From a virus (lineage: Duplodnaviria; Caudoviricetes): DNA of 28,454 nucleotides. The stretch spans positions 1 to 28,454 of the IMG/VR virus record IMGVR_UViG_3300032225_000423; one strand, given 5' to 3'. The notes below the pieces were generated by a model. It had not been told where the DNA came from and searched no databases. It saw only the letters and a program-made list of their open reading frames with translations. The position numbers and the translations under genes are program-made. Positions 15,434 to 24,451 of the stretch are shown here, one piece after another (positions within the stretch are counted from its first letter, which is position 1; each line of letters opens with the position of its first letter).

Positions 15434-15546
15434 AACATGACCACGATGAAGACTTGTTCGGTGACCTAGTGCTAACTGCGGTTGCCGTATTCCTCTTTAC
15501 CCTGCTGGTCATTGGTATTGGCTCATTTGTATGGTGGTTGATATGA
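15430..15546 (+). CDS. 38-aa membrane peptide
   Basis: MKHDHDEDLFGDLVLTAVAVFLFTLLVIGIGSFVWWLI; ATGA overlaps. Confidence 0.6.
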   Translation: MKHDHDEDLFGDLVLTAVAVFLFTLLVIGIGSFVWWLI

Positions 15547-15779
15547 CCGGTTTTCACTCAAAGCGTGATGCGGCTGCGGACAAGTTGCAAGACAGCAAAT
15601 GCAAATGCGTATGCCATGATGGATGTGCGGCCTGTGATGCTAGGGCACAGCCAGCGCAGGAGCCTGTGGCGTATGTAACTGGAATGTCTTTTGGTAGATT
15701 TATTGTTGAACCTTTGAATCCCGCAATGGTTTTGCCCATTGGTATGGCCCTTTATTCTTCACTACAAGAAAACACATGA
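15543..15779 (+). CDS. Hypothetical protein with QEPVA motif
   Basis: ATG at 15543; Cys cluster and the AQPAQEPVA motif typical of lambdoid accessory ORFs. Confidence 0.6.
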   Translation: MTGFHSKRDAAADKLQDSKCKCVCHDGCAACDARAQPAQEPVAYVTGMSFGRFIVEPLNPAMVLPIGMALYSSLQENT

Positions 15780-16411
15780 GTTACATAGTTGCGGCATTGC
15801 CGCCATTAAAATGCTTTGTGCGGCGTGAGTTTTTGCACAATTTCACCAAAGGGCACGATGAATTAGAACCAGCAATTTGGGTCAGCATCAAAGCCTTGCG
15901 CGGACAAGTGTTTCGCATTGAATCGCTGTTGCCAGCTTATGGCGCGTTGTACGATAAGCTACCCATCCACGCCTATGTGTGGAAGGCTGACCACGGCGAT
16001 TTGCCTATTGACTTCCTGCAATTGTGGGATTGCATGGGTTATCGGTTTACGGTGGTGGAAAAGATTGCTTTGCGTAACTTGGGCGTGAAGTTTTTAAGCA
16101 AAGACAAGCAATGGCATCATGGTCATTACCTGTTCACCGTGGATTTTTGCGCTGACGGGCAAGACTTGGACACCGGCTTTACTGAACAAGCCGAAGAACA
16201 CAAATCGTTTAATTTCATACGCCTTGCGAATGGGCAATTTGCTTGTCAGCCAAACAACCGCTGTCTTTGGTATGACCAAAGCCTTGTGCCGGCAGAAACA
16301 AAGTTTCCTGACTTCCAAGCCGCGCAAACTTTTTGGACGGTGGATGGCACACGCAAATGGAGTGCTGGCAATGATTGGTTTTACGACATTAAAGAGAAAA
16401 ACGGTAATTGA
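15776..16411 (+). CDS. Conserved hypothetical phage protein
   Basis: 211 aa with YDKLPIHA, LQLWDC, YLFTVD, EHK and NGQFACQPNNR motifs; last gene of the rightward arm. Confidence 0.8.
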   Translation: MSYIVAALPPLKCFVRREFLHNFTKGHDELEPAIWVSIKALRGQVFRIESLLPAYGALYDKLPIHAYVWKADHGDLPIDFLQLWDCMGYRFTVVEKIALRNLGVKFLSKDKQWHHGHYLFTVDFCADGQDLDTGFTEQAEEHKSFNFIRLANGQFACQPNNRCLWYDQSLVPAETKFPDFQAAQTFWTVDGTRKWSAGNDWFYDIKEKNGN

Positions 16412-16828
16412 TTAGGCAATCTTTGCGCCTTGTTGAAGTTGGGCAATGGTTAAGCCGCCCGTGTATTGGAAATGAGGATATTCCTTAAATGTTTTCCAAT
16501 CACCGGCCCATTCCAACCCGCAGGATTTGCCAATTTCGCCCACTTGTTTCCATATGGCTTGATCATCCCATACGGCTTTTCCATTGACCAACGGCACAAC
16601 GTCTAAGGCGCAGCGGTGGTTATGCCAAGACTGCCCTGCCTTGGCCCTGGTGACAATGTTGCCAAGCGTTGTGCGCCCTTGGGCATAAAGCGCGTCTTGG
16701 CTCTCATTGTCGCGGTAGGTTGAGGTCACCAGCAAGTCGATGCCCTTGGCTTTGGCGGCATCCACAAAGGCTTGTGCCCGCTGTTTAACGGGCGGCGCAA
16801 GATCATCCAAGCTGCGGGAATTGATCAT
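16412..16828 (-). CDS. Endolysin, M15-family (L-Ala-D-Glu-type) peptidase
   Basis: YRD...Q..LYAQGRT, SWHN...ALD and LEW.GDW...EYPHFQ Zn-peptidase motifs. Confidence 0.92.
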   Translation of the reverse strand: MINSRSLDDLAPPVKQRAQAFVDAAKAKGIDLLVTSTYRDNESQDALYAQGRTTLGNIVTRAKAGQSWHNHRCALDVVPLVNGKAVWDDQAIWKQVGEIGKSCGLEWAGDWKTFKEYPHFQYTGGLTIAQLQQGAKIA

Positions 16829-17319
16829 TTTGCAGCCTCCGCTTTAGACAACAGTTCAGTCTTGGCTTGTGAGCCTGCGCTCGAACCAAAGTAAAACGAA
16901 ATGATGCCCGTCCAGGCCGTGCCTAACGATCCCAACATGATGTCAATTTGCGGTGCGTGTTGAATCTGACCATACATCAGGCCAAACAAGATGCCGAAAA
17001 ATCCGCAAGTAACGCCAAGCGCCATAACGGGTGGAATCCACGATCTAGTGGCAATCTGCATTTCACGCGCAGATTTTTTGTCTTCAGCAGTCAATTTGGC
17101 AAAGTCCAAATTCATAGATTGCGCTTGTTTTTTCAATTCAAGTTCAGCAAGCTGAATGGATGCCACCTGTTCTGCGGTTAACTTGCCGCTGCTGATGATG
17201 TCCTGCACTTCATTAGGATCACATCCAATGGCTTTGGAAATAGCCGATACAGCCATGCCCGCCAATGGGCCACCAAGCGCCGTGGCAATCGTCGGGGCAA
17301 TCGTTTTTAACCAATCCAT
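16825..17319 (-). CDS. Holin-like membrane protein
   Basis: Adjacent to the endolysin; APTIATALGGPLAG N-terminus, D..SAR, two C-terminal TM helices, YFGSS. Confidence 0.7.
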   Translation of the reverse strand: MDWLKTIAPTIATALGGPLAGMAVSAISKAIGCDPNEVQDIISSGKLTAEQVASIQLAELELKKQAQSMNLDFAKLTAEDKKSAREMQIATRSWIPPVMALGVTCGFFGILFGLMYGQIQHAPQIDIMLGSLGTAWTGIISFYFGSSAGSQAKTELLSKAEAAK

Positions 17320-17789
17320 GATGCTTTCCTTTCAAGAAACAAAACTGTGAAAAAGTAGCTTAAACCTATTGCGGTGAGAAAAATCACAATCCAAAACACC
17401 ATGCTTGCAGCTTCCATGATTTGCTGCCGTTTTTTGGCTTTGACAAGGGCTTCTTCCATTTCGGCTTTTTTGCGCCGCTGGATGATGTTGTTGCGCTCCA
17501 ATAAAACGCCTTCCCACACATCCGCATTGCCCGACCATATCAACATATTTTTTAGTTCAGTTTCGGCCTCCGCAAGTTGTTTGGCCTGCATCACCGTCTC
17601 TAGCGCCTGGGCCGTGTCGCTCTTGAACTTCTTGGGGTTGTTCGCCGCCTGCTGAACAACGTCCTTGGCCTCAAAAAACTTGCCTAAATCGGCAGCAATG
17701 CCTTGGACATCCTTGCCCAGCTTGATGGCTGCTTGGATTCCTTTTACCGCTGCTTGCGCGGCTGCAAAAGCGGTGAAAGGATCAATCAT
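17307..17789 (-). CDS. Helical protein with C-terminal TM anchor (lysis region)
   Basis: MIDPFTAFAAA start, coiled coil, C-terminal hydrophobic helix. Confidence 0.7.
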   Translation of the reverse strand: MIDPFTAFAAAQAAVKGIQAAIKLGKDVQGIAADLGKFFEAKDVVQQAANNPKKFKSDTAQALETVMQAKQLAEAETELKNMLIWSGNADVWEGVLLERNNIIQRRKKAEMEEALVKAKKRQQIMEAASMVFWIVIFLTAIGLSYFFTVLFLERKASWIG

Positions 17790-17947
17790 TTTCTATTGAC
17801 CACTACCCATCGGCAGATTCGCCCGTCTTTGTCTACAAATTCGTTAGTGCTTGGCTTGTCATCTTTTTTTGGCAAGCGGCATACCAATACCGTTTTTGTT
17901 TCGGTATTGGGCCACGGGCTATCAGCAGATGCAATTTGATCAATCAC
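17786..17947 (-). CDS. 53-aa hypothetical protein (not in ORF track)
   Basis: GTG start, overlapping both neighbours by 4 nt; MIDQIASADSPWPNTETKTVLVCRLPKKDDKPSTNEFVDKDGRICRWVVVNRK. Confidence 0.6.
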   Translation of the reverse strand: MIDQIASADSPWPNTETKTVLVCRLPKKDDKPSTNEFVDKDGRICRWVVVNRK

Positions 17948-18177
17948 TTGTCAGCTTTGTTTTCTAACTTGTCAAAGATGCGCTCTAGGGTTGCGTCAAT
18001 CTTATCCAAACGGCTCTCAATGTCGGCTTTGCTGACATAGTGCTTTGGCAAATCAATCTCAATGGCCTTGATGTCAGCTTTCAAGGCTTTCACCGAATCC
18101 CATATTTCTTTACACCACCAGCCCACCGCAACAAGGATTGCGCCGCCAATAAAATTAAAAACAGCTTGAAATTCCAT
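17944..18177 (-). CDS. N-terminal TM plus coiled-coil protein (holin/antiholin-like)
   Basis: Start MEFQAVFNF at 18177; one TM helix, then LPKHYVSK.D...LDKI...L..KADK. Confidence 0.7.
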   Translation of the reverse strand: MEFQAVFNFIGGAILVAVGWWCKEIWDSVKALKADIKAIEIDLPKHYVSKADIESRLDKIDATLERIFDKLENKADK

Positions 18178-18179
18178 GA

Positions 18180-18440
18180 TTAGCCTTTGGGAATTTCGTC
18201 TTTGACGGCTTTGATCGCGGCTTTCCATGCATCCATGCCGCCGTGATATAACAAATCAAGCTGGTCAATGATGGACGGGTACTTATCAGCACGTTTGGCT
18301 TTGTATGCATTGGCATCAATATAGGCTTGCACAGTTGCTTCGTCATACTGAACAGGATTTCCAGCAGCATCAAATGCATCGTCACCATAAATGGTAACTA
18401 CATTGGAATGCGTTGCAAAAATTGCTTTATGCTTGTTCAT
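18180..18440 (-). CDS. Tail fibre assembly chaperone-like protein
   Basis: Follows the fibre gene; Y...R...YPSI.DQLD.LYH.....W...I.AVK...PK motif. Confidence 0.7.
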   Translation of the reverse strand: MNKHKAIFATHSNVVTIYGDDAFDAAGNPVQYDEATVQAYIDANAYKAKRADKYPSIIDQLDLLYHGGMDAWKAAIKAVKDEIPKG

Positions 18441-19372
18441 GCTGCCACCTCAATTAAAGTAATGTATGTAGGCATAGTATCTACTCCAAAACGGACAGAA
18501 CCACCAGAACATTTGAAATATGCTGTGTAAGATGTGGAAGATGTAGTAGCTGGAGAATCTAAAATTTGAAAACTTATAGTTTGCAAATAATCTGATGAGT
18601 TGTTATTATAAAAACCAGCAGGATTTCCACTTCCAGATGTTGAAATATTTGTAGTATTATTTCGATAAGCTGTTACCCATATCCAATTAGAAGTAGAATT
18701 TCCACCAGTACCGGATACTGAAACTAAAATTTTACTTGTGGCAGAAGTTGGCGTAATGCTTGCTGATGCTCCTGTTGTAACATATGATCCGGATGTTGTA
18801 GTTACCGCAATGGCATAAACTGCTTGCACTACTTGCAACACCGTTCCCGCTGGCATAGACGCAGTTGCAATACCCCTAGATGCTGTTGTAAGAGTTCCGG
18901 CAAAGGTAGCATTTTGACTTGTGTCTAAAGTAACCGCTGTAGTTCCTGCGCTTTTCAATGTAAGCGCAGTAGCTGCTTTCGATGTAATTGTGTCAATGGT
19001 TGCCGTTGTGCCTACATAAAGCGCCTTGGCAATACCGAGACCACCAGCGGCAACAATTGAGCCTGTGCTAGTGCTGCTTGAATCAGTTGTGCTTCCAACA
19101 TTCAGAGCCTTGGCAATACCAACCCCGCCAGCGGTGATGATTGAGCCTGTAGAACTGCTTGTAGCATCTGTGGCAAGCGTTGAATTGATGCCTTGGGCAA
19201 ACGGGATTCGCACGGTGGTCGCCGTTTGCCCGTCCTTTGTGATTGCCGTGGACAGGCCGGTTGCTAGGTCTGCGGTTAATGCATTAAATGCAGAACTGCT
19301 GATGACCGTGCCGGTCACTACGGGTTGCCCCGAGGTGTTGATTTGGAATGTGCCGCTGCCGTTGTAACTCAT
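18437..19372 (-). CDS. Tail fibre / receptor-binding protein
   Basis: Thr/Ser-rich; MSYNGSGTF anchor, two TGSI..AGG.GIAKAL.VG repeats, and a GTVLQVVQ...ITLIEVAA tip domain. Confidence 0.8.
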   Translation of the reverse strand: MSYNGSGTFQINTSGQPVVTGTVISSSAFNALTADLATGLSTAITKDGQTATTVRIPFAQGINSTLATDATSSSTGSIITAGGVGIAKALNVGSTTDSSSTSTGSIVAAGGLGIAKALYVGTTATIDTITSKAATALTLKSAGTTAVTLDTSQNATFAGTLTTASRGIATASMPAGTVLQVVQAVYAIAVTTTSGSYVTTGASASITPTSATSKILVSVSGTGGNSTSNWIWVTAYRNNTTNISTSGSGNPAGFYNNNSSDYLQTISFQILDSPATTSSTSYTAYFKCSGGSVRFGVDTMPTYITLIEVAA

Positions 19373-21165
19373 GGTTTCACCTTTGTTGCATCATAAGTGA
19401 TGGATTGTTCAACTTTTTTCTTCAGTTCGCTTTCCTTGGCTATGTCGGCGACTGTTTTTGCCAATGGAATCCGCAATGATGCCAGCTTGTCCAATGCCCG
19501 AACAACCACGCTACCGGTGTTGGAATAGTTGACCGTTCCAGGAATATCGACAAGCGCATCGCGCAACGTGCCTTGCAGTTCTGTAAGGGTTTCGCGGCCT
19601 TTTTTGCCAAACATATAGTCCAACTTGCCTTCTTTGTCCAATGTCGCAAGTGTCTTGGCAAATGCGTCATAAGACAGCTTGCCGCTTGTGTTTTTATTGA
19701 GTTGGTCTTTGAGGTATTGGATAGTCTGACCTTGCAGCGCAGCATAGGCTTTTTGCCCATCTTCACCGCCATTCTTGAGCAATTTTGTGACTGTCCGCAT
19801 TTGATCCAAGTCGCCATCAAGGACAACATGGGAGAACACATCATCCAATGCCACGGCGCGGTCAGCGTAGCCGCCCTTTGTGCCCAACAGCTTGGCGACC
19901 CTGTAGGTGTCTTCAAATCGTTTGCCCAAGTCTGCGCGTTCTGCACGGGCGGCGCGATACAGATCACCACCAGCGCCCTCGGTCACATCATTAATCACGC
20001 TTTTTACTTGTCTCATAAACACATTTGATGGGTCGCCTGGCTTGCCAAGCTGCCCTGCGGCCTTGTACAGATTTTCCAAATCATCCACAGTCACTTGCCC
20101 ACCGGTGGCTGTTTTCAGCGCATCCAATTTGGCTTTTATGGAGTTGATTTGAGGCACAGAAATGGCCTCGGGCGCATTGTCAGCAAGCCATTGATCAAGC
20201 CTTGATGTGTCGACCACCGCTTTGGTTTCGCCCGCATCTCTAGCCTTTTGATAGGCATCATTCACCAATTTTTGCTTTGCCTCAAATTGCTTGACCAATG
20301 CGGAATCCACAATTGCGCCAACTTTGCGAGGATTTGAAACATCAACATCCACGCCGGTTTGGTCAATCAATTGCTCAAAACGCCCTTGAATGTCTTTCTT
20401 TTGTTGGGTCTTAAAATCCAGCAAGCCTTTGGCAAGATCAGGGTTTTGCTTTACCACATCCGATTCAAATTGTTGCTGACCAAAATCTTGCAGTTGTTGA
20501 CCTTTAGTCAGCGGAATGCCTTGTCCTAAAGCCCGCTGTTGGCGCACCAAAGCCTCATCTGCGGATGCCGCACCGCCACCCATCATTGTGGATTTAGGCG
20601 CTAGGAGAGCCGCCATGCGCTGTTGAGTGGATGCCATTGCCGGAGCCACCGCCGTCCGCATTTGACCCACCGCCGCCGGTGCAAGTGCAGTCAATGCGCT
20701 GCCCGTTGCGCCCAAGGTTGGAGGCAATGCGCTAAGAACACGCGCCATGCCACCTAGAACGTCCTGTGCCGTTTCGCTGCGCGGTTGATAGGTGTTGCGC
20801 TCTTGGAATGCTTGCGCCTCACGCTGGCCTATTTGCACACCTTCGGGTGTTCCCATCTTGCCGCTGGTGATGCCTTTGTAAAGGCCATAGGGCACGGCTG
20901 CTGCGCCTGATACAAGCCCCGTTGCCATCGTTGCAGGCACTTCCAAAACAGCACTAAGCCTATCCATGATGCTTGGCTCGGCCTTTGGCAAGCTGATGGT
21001 TTTTTCGCTACCAGGCAATTGCGATCCAACAATGTCAAGCTGCTGGAAAAACTGCGGTCTTGGAATGTCGGAATAGAATTTTTGATGCAACGAATCAGCC
21101 AGTTCAACGTCCGGCATATCGTTGTATTGGGGATACTTTGTGCGAAATTCAGCAAGTGTTGCCAT
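19369..21165 (-). CDS. Internal virion (DNA ejection) protein, putative
   Basis: 598 aa, Ala/Gly/Gln-rich helical protein at the podophage ejection-gene position. Confidence 0.7.
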   Translation of the reverse strand: MATLAEFRTKYPQYNDMPDVELADSLHQKFYSDIPRPQFFQQLDIVGSQLPGSEKTISLPKAEPSIMDRLSAVLEVPATMATGLVSGAAAVPYGLYKGITSGKMGTPEGVQIGQREAQAFQERNTYQPRSETAQDVLGGMARVLSALPPTLGATGSALTALAPAAVGQMRTAVAPAMASTQQRMAALLAPKSTMMGGGAASADEALVRQQRALGQGIPLTKGQQLQDFGQQQFESDVVKQNPDLAKGLLDFKTQQKKDIQGRFEQLIDQTGVDVDVSNPRKVGAIVDSALVKQFEAKQKLVNDAYQKARDAGETKAVVDTSRLDQWLADNAPEAISVPQINSIKAKLDALKTATGGQVTVDDLENLYKAAGQLGKPGDPSNVFMRQVKSVINDVTEGAGGDLYRAARAERADLGKRFEDTYRVAKLLGTKGGYADRAVALDDVFSHVVLDGDLDQMRTVTKLLKNGGEDGQKAYAALQGQTIQYLKDQLNKNTSGKLSYDAFAKTLATLDKEGKLDYMFGKKGRETLTELQGTLRDALVDIPGTVNYSNTGSVVVRALDKLASLRIPLAKTVADIAKESELKKKVEQSITYDATKVKP

Positions 21166-21944
21166 TACTTTCTCCGCAGCATTAGAGGATCACTACCTTG
21201 CGTTGATGTAGGCGGTTGTGCGCCTGGCATTGCAGCATTTGGCGCTTTATTGCCTGATTGAATGTCCATTGCGCGAATTGCAAGATCGCGAGCAGCACGT
21301 TTTTGCAAAATGACCGGTTGACTATCGCCAAGTTGCGGAAAATATTTTTTTTCTTCACTATAAAATTCTTCGGGGCTAATTGTTGCGCCGGATTCTTTTC
21401 TCAAAACCGCTGTAATGAAATTTCGTCGTGCTTGCTCAACCTGTTGTTGTTCGGGACTTGGGCCACCCGCCCATGTTGGCAAAACATTCATTGCTGATGA
21501 TGTTTTTTCTTCCAATTTGCCACCAATAGCCGGAACTGCGCCCAAAATACCGGAAACCACAGATCGAGCCGCACCAGTATTAGTAATGCCTTTGTCTTCC
21601 ATGTCGTTCAAAACAGAATTTGCTTCTTTCATCCTCATGCCAAATGCCAATGCATTGCCTTGGCTTTCATTTTTAATTTGAGGATTAGCCGCTTCTCGTT
21701 GTGCTTTATCAGCTTCTTCCCGCGCTTTTGCCATGCGTTGATCGTAAGCGCGAGGGCTTTCGCCAGCTTGTCGGGGCATTGCCGCAGCACCGGCAACTAC
21801 TGATTGCATGGCGGCAACCAATGGATCGGGCGTAGCAGCGGATGCAGCAGGCTGCGGCATTACAACCGGCTGAACAGGGCGCGGTTTAGCCGCTGGTGCA
21901 GGGGCTGCGGACGTACCATAAAGATCATCGTACAAAGCCATCAT
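21165..21944 (-). CDS. Internal virion (ejection) protein, putative
   Basis: 259 aa; Pro/Ala-rich N-terminus and an NFITAVLRKESGATI...YFPQ.GD segment. Confidence 0.65.
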   Translation of the reverse strand: MMALYDDLYGTSAAPAPAAKPRPVQPVVMPQPAASAATPDPLVAAMQSVVAGAAAMPRQAGESPRAYDQRMAKAREEADKAQREAANPQIKNESQGNALAFGMRMKEANSVLNDMEDKGITNTGAARSVVSGILGAVPAIGGKLEEKTSSAMNVLPTWAGGPSPEQQQVEQARRNFITAVLRKESGATISPEEFYSEEKKYFPQLGDSQPVILQKRAARDLAIRAMDIQSGNKAPNAAMPGAQPPTSTQGSDPLMLRRK

Positions 21945-23377
21945 TGCACCTTATAGCCTTTTGCGACTGCATCGCGAGTTACTTGTTCAATTGACTTGTT
22001 AGCGCGTTTTGCAGCCTCTGCAATTTCTGCGCGTGTAGTAATTTTTTGCTCAGGAGTTGCCGCAGCAGCAGGCGCGCCGCCTGACAAAGTTGTGAAATCT
22101 GACAATGGTGGCGTAAGCCCCGCAGGGTTAAAACCTGGTACGCCTTCGTATGCCAAACGGGATGCGGCTTCTGCAATTCTGACTTTGAGGCTTGCCAAAT
22201 CTTTTGGCGTGATGCCGCCAGCTTTGTTGATTAGATTTTCGCGCACCAATCCAGCAATTTGCGGAACGCTTTGCCAATTTTTAGGCAATTGACCGGCTTC
22301 TGCCAAATCGGACATAAAGCCTTTGTATGGCGCAGGAATGTCGCCCATTGTGGCAAGCAATCCTTTGTCCACATAGCGCGAAACTTCACGCCCGCTTTCG
22401 TCAGTTGTGGTGATTTTTTCAAGATTGTTGCGAATTGGCGCTTTGACTTGGGCGTTAGCCAAACGCTGATCTGCTGGCAAATTCATGTCAATGATGACCA
22501 CATTTCCATCTTTTTCCACTTCGCTGTAATGTGGCGCTGTTTTCACAGCTTCTTTTTCAATTGCACCAGCTTGACGGGCCGCAGCATCAGGATTGTTGAA
22601 ATCTTCGTAATAAATTTTTCCATCCCGCACAACTTCTTTCCAAACTGGCGTAACAGTTTTTCCTTCTTTTGTTGCTGCTGTAGCAAGCAAATTGCCAGTT
22701 GGCCCACGCAATTCTTGACCTGGGCTAAGAGCAATTGGACGCTGTGGAGTTGGAGCCGCTGTTGCTACCGGCGTAAGTTGTCCATTTGCTCCTAATTGGC
22801 GATATAAAACGTCTCCAGCGCCAAGTTTTACATCTTTTGGCTCAAATTGTGCCAAGTATTTAGACATTAGCAATTGCTTGACTTCGGGAATGTCAAATTT
22901 TTGTAAATCCTCGGGGCTAATATAACCAGCAGGGCGGGCCTCTACAGGCGCAATAGCGGGTTTTCCTTGAACTGGTGCAACATTCTCAAACATTTCAGTT
23001 CCGCCGTTTACGCTAGTGTCAAGACCAAGCGGGCGTGTCCATCCTGGTATGTCTTTAGTAGCTTCTTGCCCTGCTACACCTTTTACTTCGGGTGCAGAAA
23101 TCAAACGTGCCATTTCGCCAAGTTGGTTGTTGTAATTTGTGCGGTAATCGTTTTGCAGCTTGGCGTAATCTTCCCGTGCTTTTTTCTCTTGATATGCGCC
23201 AAGGCCGGATTCAAAAATTTTTGCCAATCCAGCAAGCGGGCTGATTGCCACGCCTGGCGTTGTAGGCATTTGCAAAACTTGCGATCCTGATTCTTGCAAT
23301 GCTTGCGCCATGCGTTGCCGCCGCGCAATTTCTTCCGCTTGTTGCGAATAGGGATCAATTAGGCTGATTGCTGCCAT
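21941..23377 (-). CDS. Internal virion (ejection) protein, putative
   Basis: 478 aa; RRQRMAQAL..SPLAGLAK N-terminus and short internal repeats. Confidence 0.65.
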   Translation of the reverse strand: MAAISLIDPYSQQAEEIARRQRMAQALQESGSQVLQMPTTPGVAISPLAGLAKIFESGLGAYQEKKAREDYAKLQNDYRTNYNNQLGEMARLISAPEVKGVAGQEATKDIPGWTRPLGLDTSVNGGTEMFENVAPVQGKPAIAPVEARPAGYISPEDLQKFDIPEVKQLLMSKYLAQFEPKDVKLGAGDVLYRQLGANGQLTPVATAAPTPQRPIALSPGQELRGPTGNLLATAATKEGKTVTPVWKEVVRDGKIYYEDFNNPDAAARQAGAIEKEAVKTAPHYSEVEKDGNVVIIDMNLPADQRLANAQVKAPIRNNLEKITTTDESGREVSRYVDKGLLATMGDIPAPYKGFMSDLAEAGQLPKNWQSVPQIAGLVRENLINKAGGITPKDLASLKVRIAEAASRLAYEGVPGFNPAGLTPPLSDFTTLSGGAPAAAATPEQKITTRAEIAEAAKRANKSIEQVTRDAVAKGYKVQ

Positions 23378-24451
23378 TTAGAGTCTCCCGTAATCAACCA
23401 TTAAATAACCGCTTGGATGTTGATGCACCGCATCAGGCATCACTTGCATCAATTCTTGAGCCATTACGCCGCGCTCACGCCGATCAAAAATGTCGTATTC
23501 GTAAATGCCAATGCCAAGCGGATGGTTGCCAACTTTGACAATGTTGGACTTCAATCGCGCATCAGAAAAATATGCTTTTGCTCCAGCGCCTGCCAAGCTA
23601 TAAAGCCCTGCGGTGTTGGCGTTTTGGGTTGCCACTTGTTGGTTATAGTTGTTTTGTGCAGCCTGTCCTGCCGCTTGAGTCGCCCCAAAAATAGGCGAGG
23701 CTTGCACGTTGGAGCCTTGGTAGGCGCCAAATTGTGGGTTTTGAATTTGACTTCCGGACATCAATGCGGTGATCTCATTCAGCGGCATTTGGCGCTGTTG
23801 GATGGCCTGTGCAAGCGCCTGCTGTTGGGCGGTGTTGCCAAACTGTGCGCCTTGCAGGGCTTGGTTGTAGCCTTGTGCATTTGCGCTTGTGTCCAAGTTG
23901 ATGCCGGTCAATGCCGCTTGAGTGCGGGCATCGTTTTCCTGTTGTCCTAATAGCTGAATGGCGTTGTCGTAAGCCTCAGTCCCAGGGCGCAACCCTTGGT
24001 TGATCAGTTGGGTTTCTGTGCTGACGCGATTCTTTTGCAAGGACGGCTCTAACCGCGACATGATGGCTTCTTGGCCTGTCGTTCCGGCATTGACCGGCAT
24101 CTTTGCAACATTGCTCAAATCCAACGAAGTCTGAACACCAGGCCCGCCAAAATTGAAAGATTTATCAAGGACATTGCTTGCAAGCTGTGCGCCTTTGCCG
24201 CCAAGTGAGGCAAGCTGATACTGGACGTTTTGCTGTTCATCTAGCGTTTTTTGAGCCTGCGGGGTTAGCGTTTGCGTGATGGTTGGCTGATCTCCTTCAT
24301 AGGACACCAATTGGTTGCCATAGGGCGTATACATATTGGGATTGGACAGCTTTGAGCTAACCCGTGCAGCCTCGACGTTTGCAGTGCCCTGTGCTTGCGC
24401 TGCGCCTGTGTAATCAGGCGTTGCCGGTGGCGGTGGTGCGCTTTTTCCCAT
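23378..24451 (-). CDS. Gln/Ala-rich virion protein with C-terminal intramolecular chaperone (peptidase S74-like) domain
   Basis: MGKSAPPPP start; C-terminal SDARLKSNI...GVMAQEL....PDAV....GYLMVDY. Confidence 0.8.
   Translation of the reverse strand: MGKSAPPPPATPDYTGAAQAQGTANVEAARVSSKLSNPNMYTPYGNQLVSYEGDQPTITQTLTPQAQKTLDEQQNVQYQLASLGGKGAQLASNVLDKSFNFGGPGVQTSLDLSNVAKMPVNAGTTGQEAIMSRLEPSLQKNRVSTETQLINQGLRPGTEAYDNAIQLLGQQENDARTQAALTGINLDTSANAQGYNQALQGAQFGNTAQQQALAQAIQQRQMPLNEITALMSGSQIQNPQFGAYQGSNVQASPIFGATQAAGQAAQNNYNQQVATQNANTAGLYSLAGAGAKAYFSDARLKSNIVKVGNHPLGIGIYEYDIFDRRERGVMAQELMQVMPDAVHQHPSGYLMVDYGRL

Noticed and set aside
18437-19372. Diversity-generating retroelement or invertible fibre cassette
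   Set aside because: No reverse transcriptase, invertase or duplicated template repeat was seen in the window.
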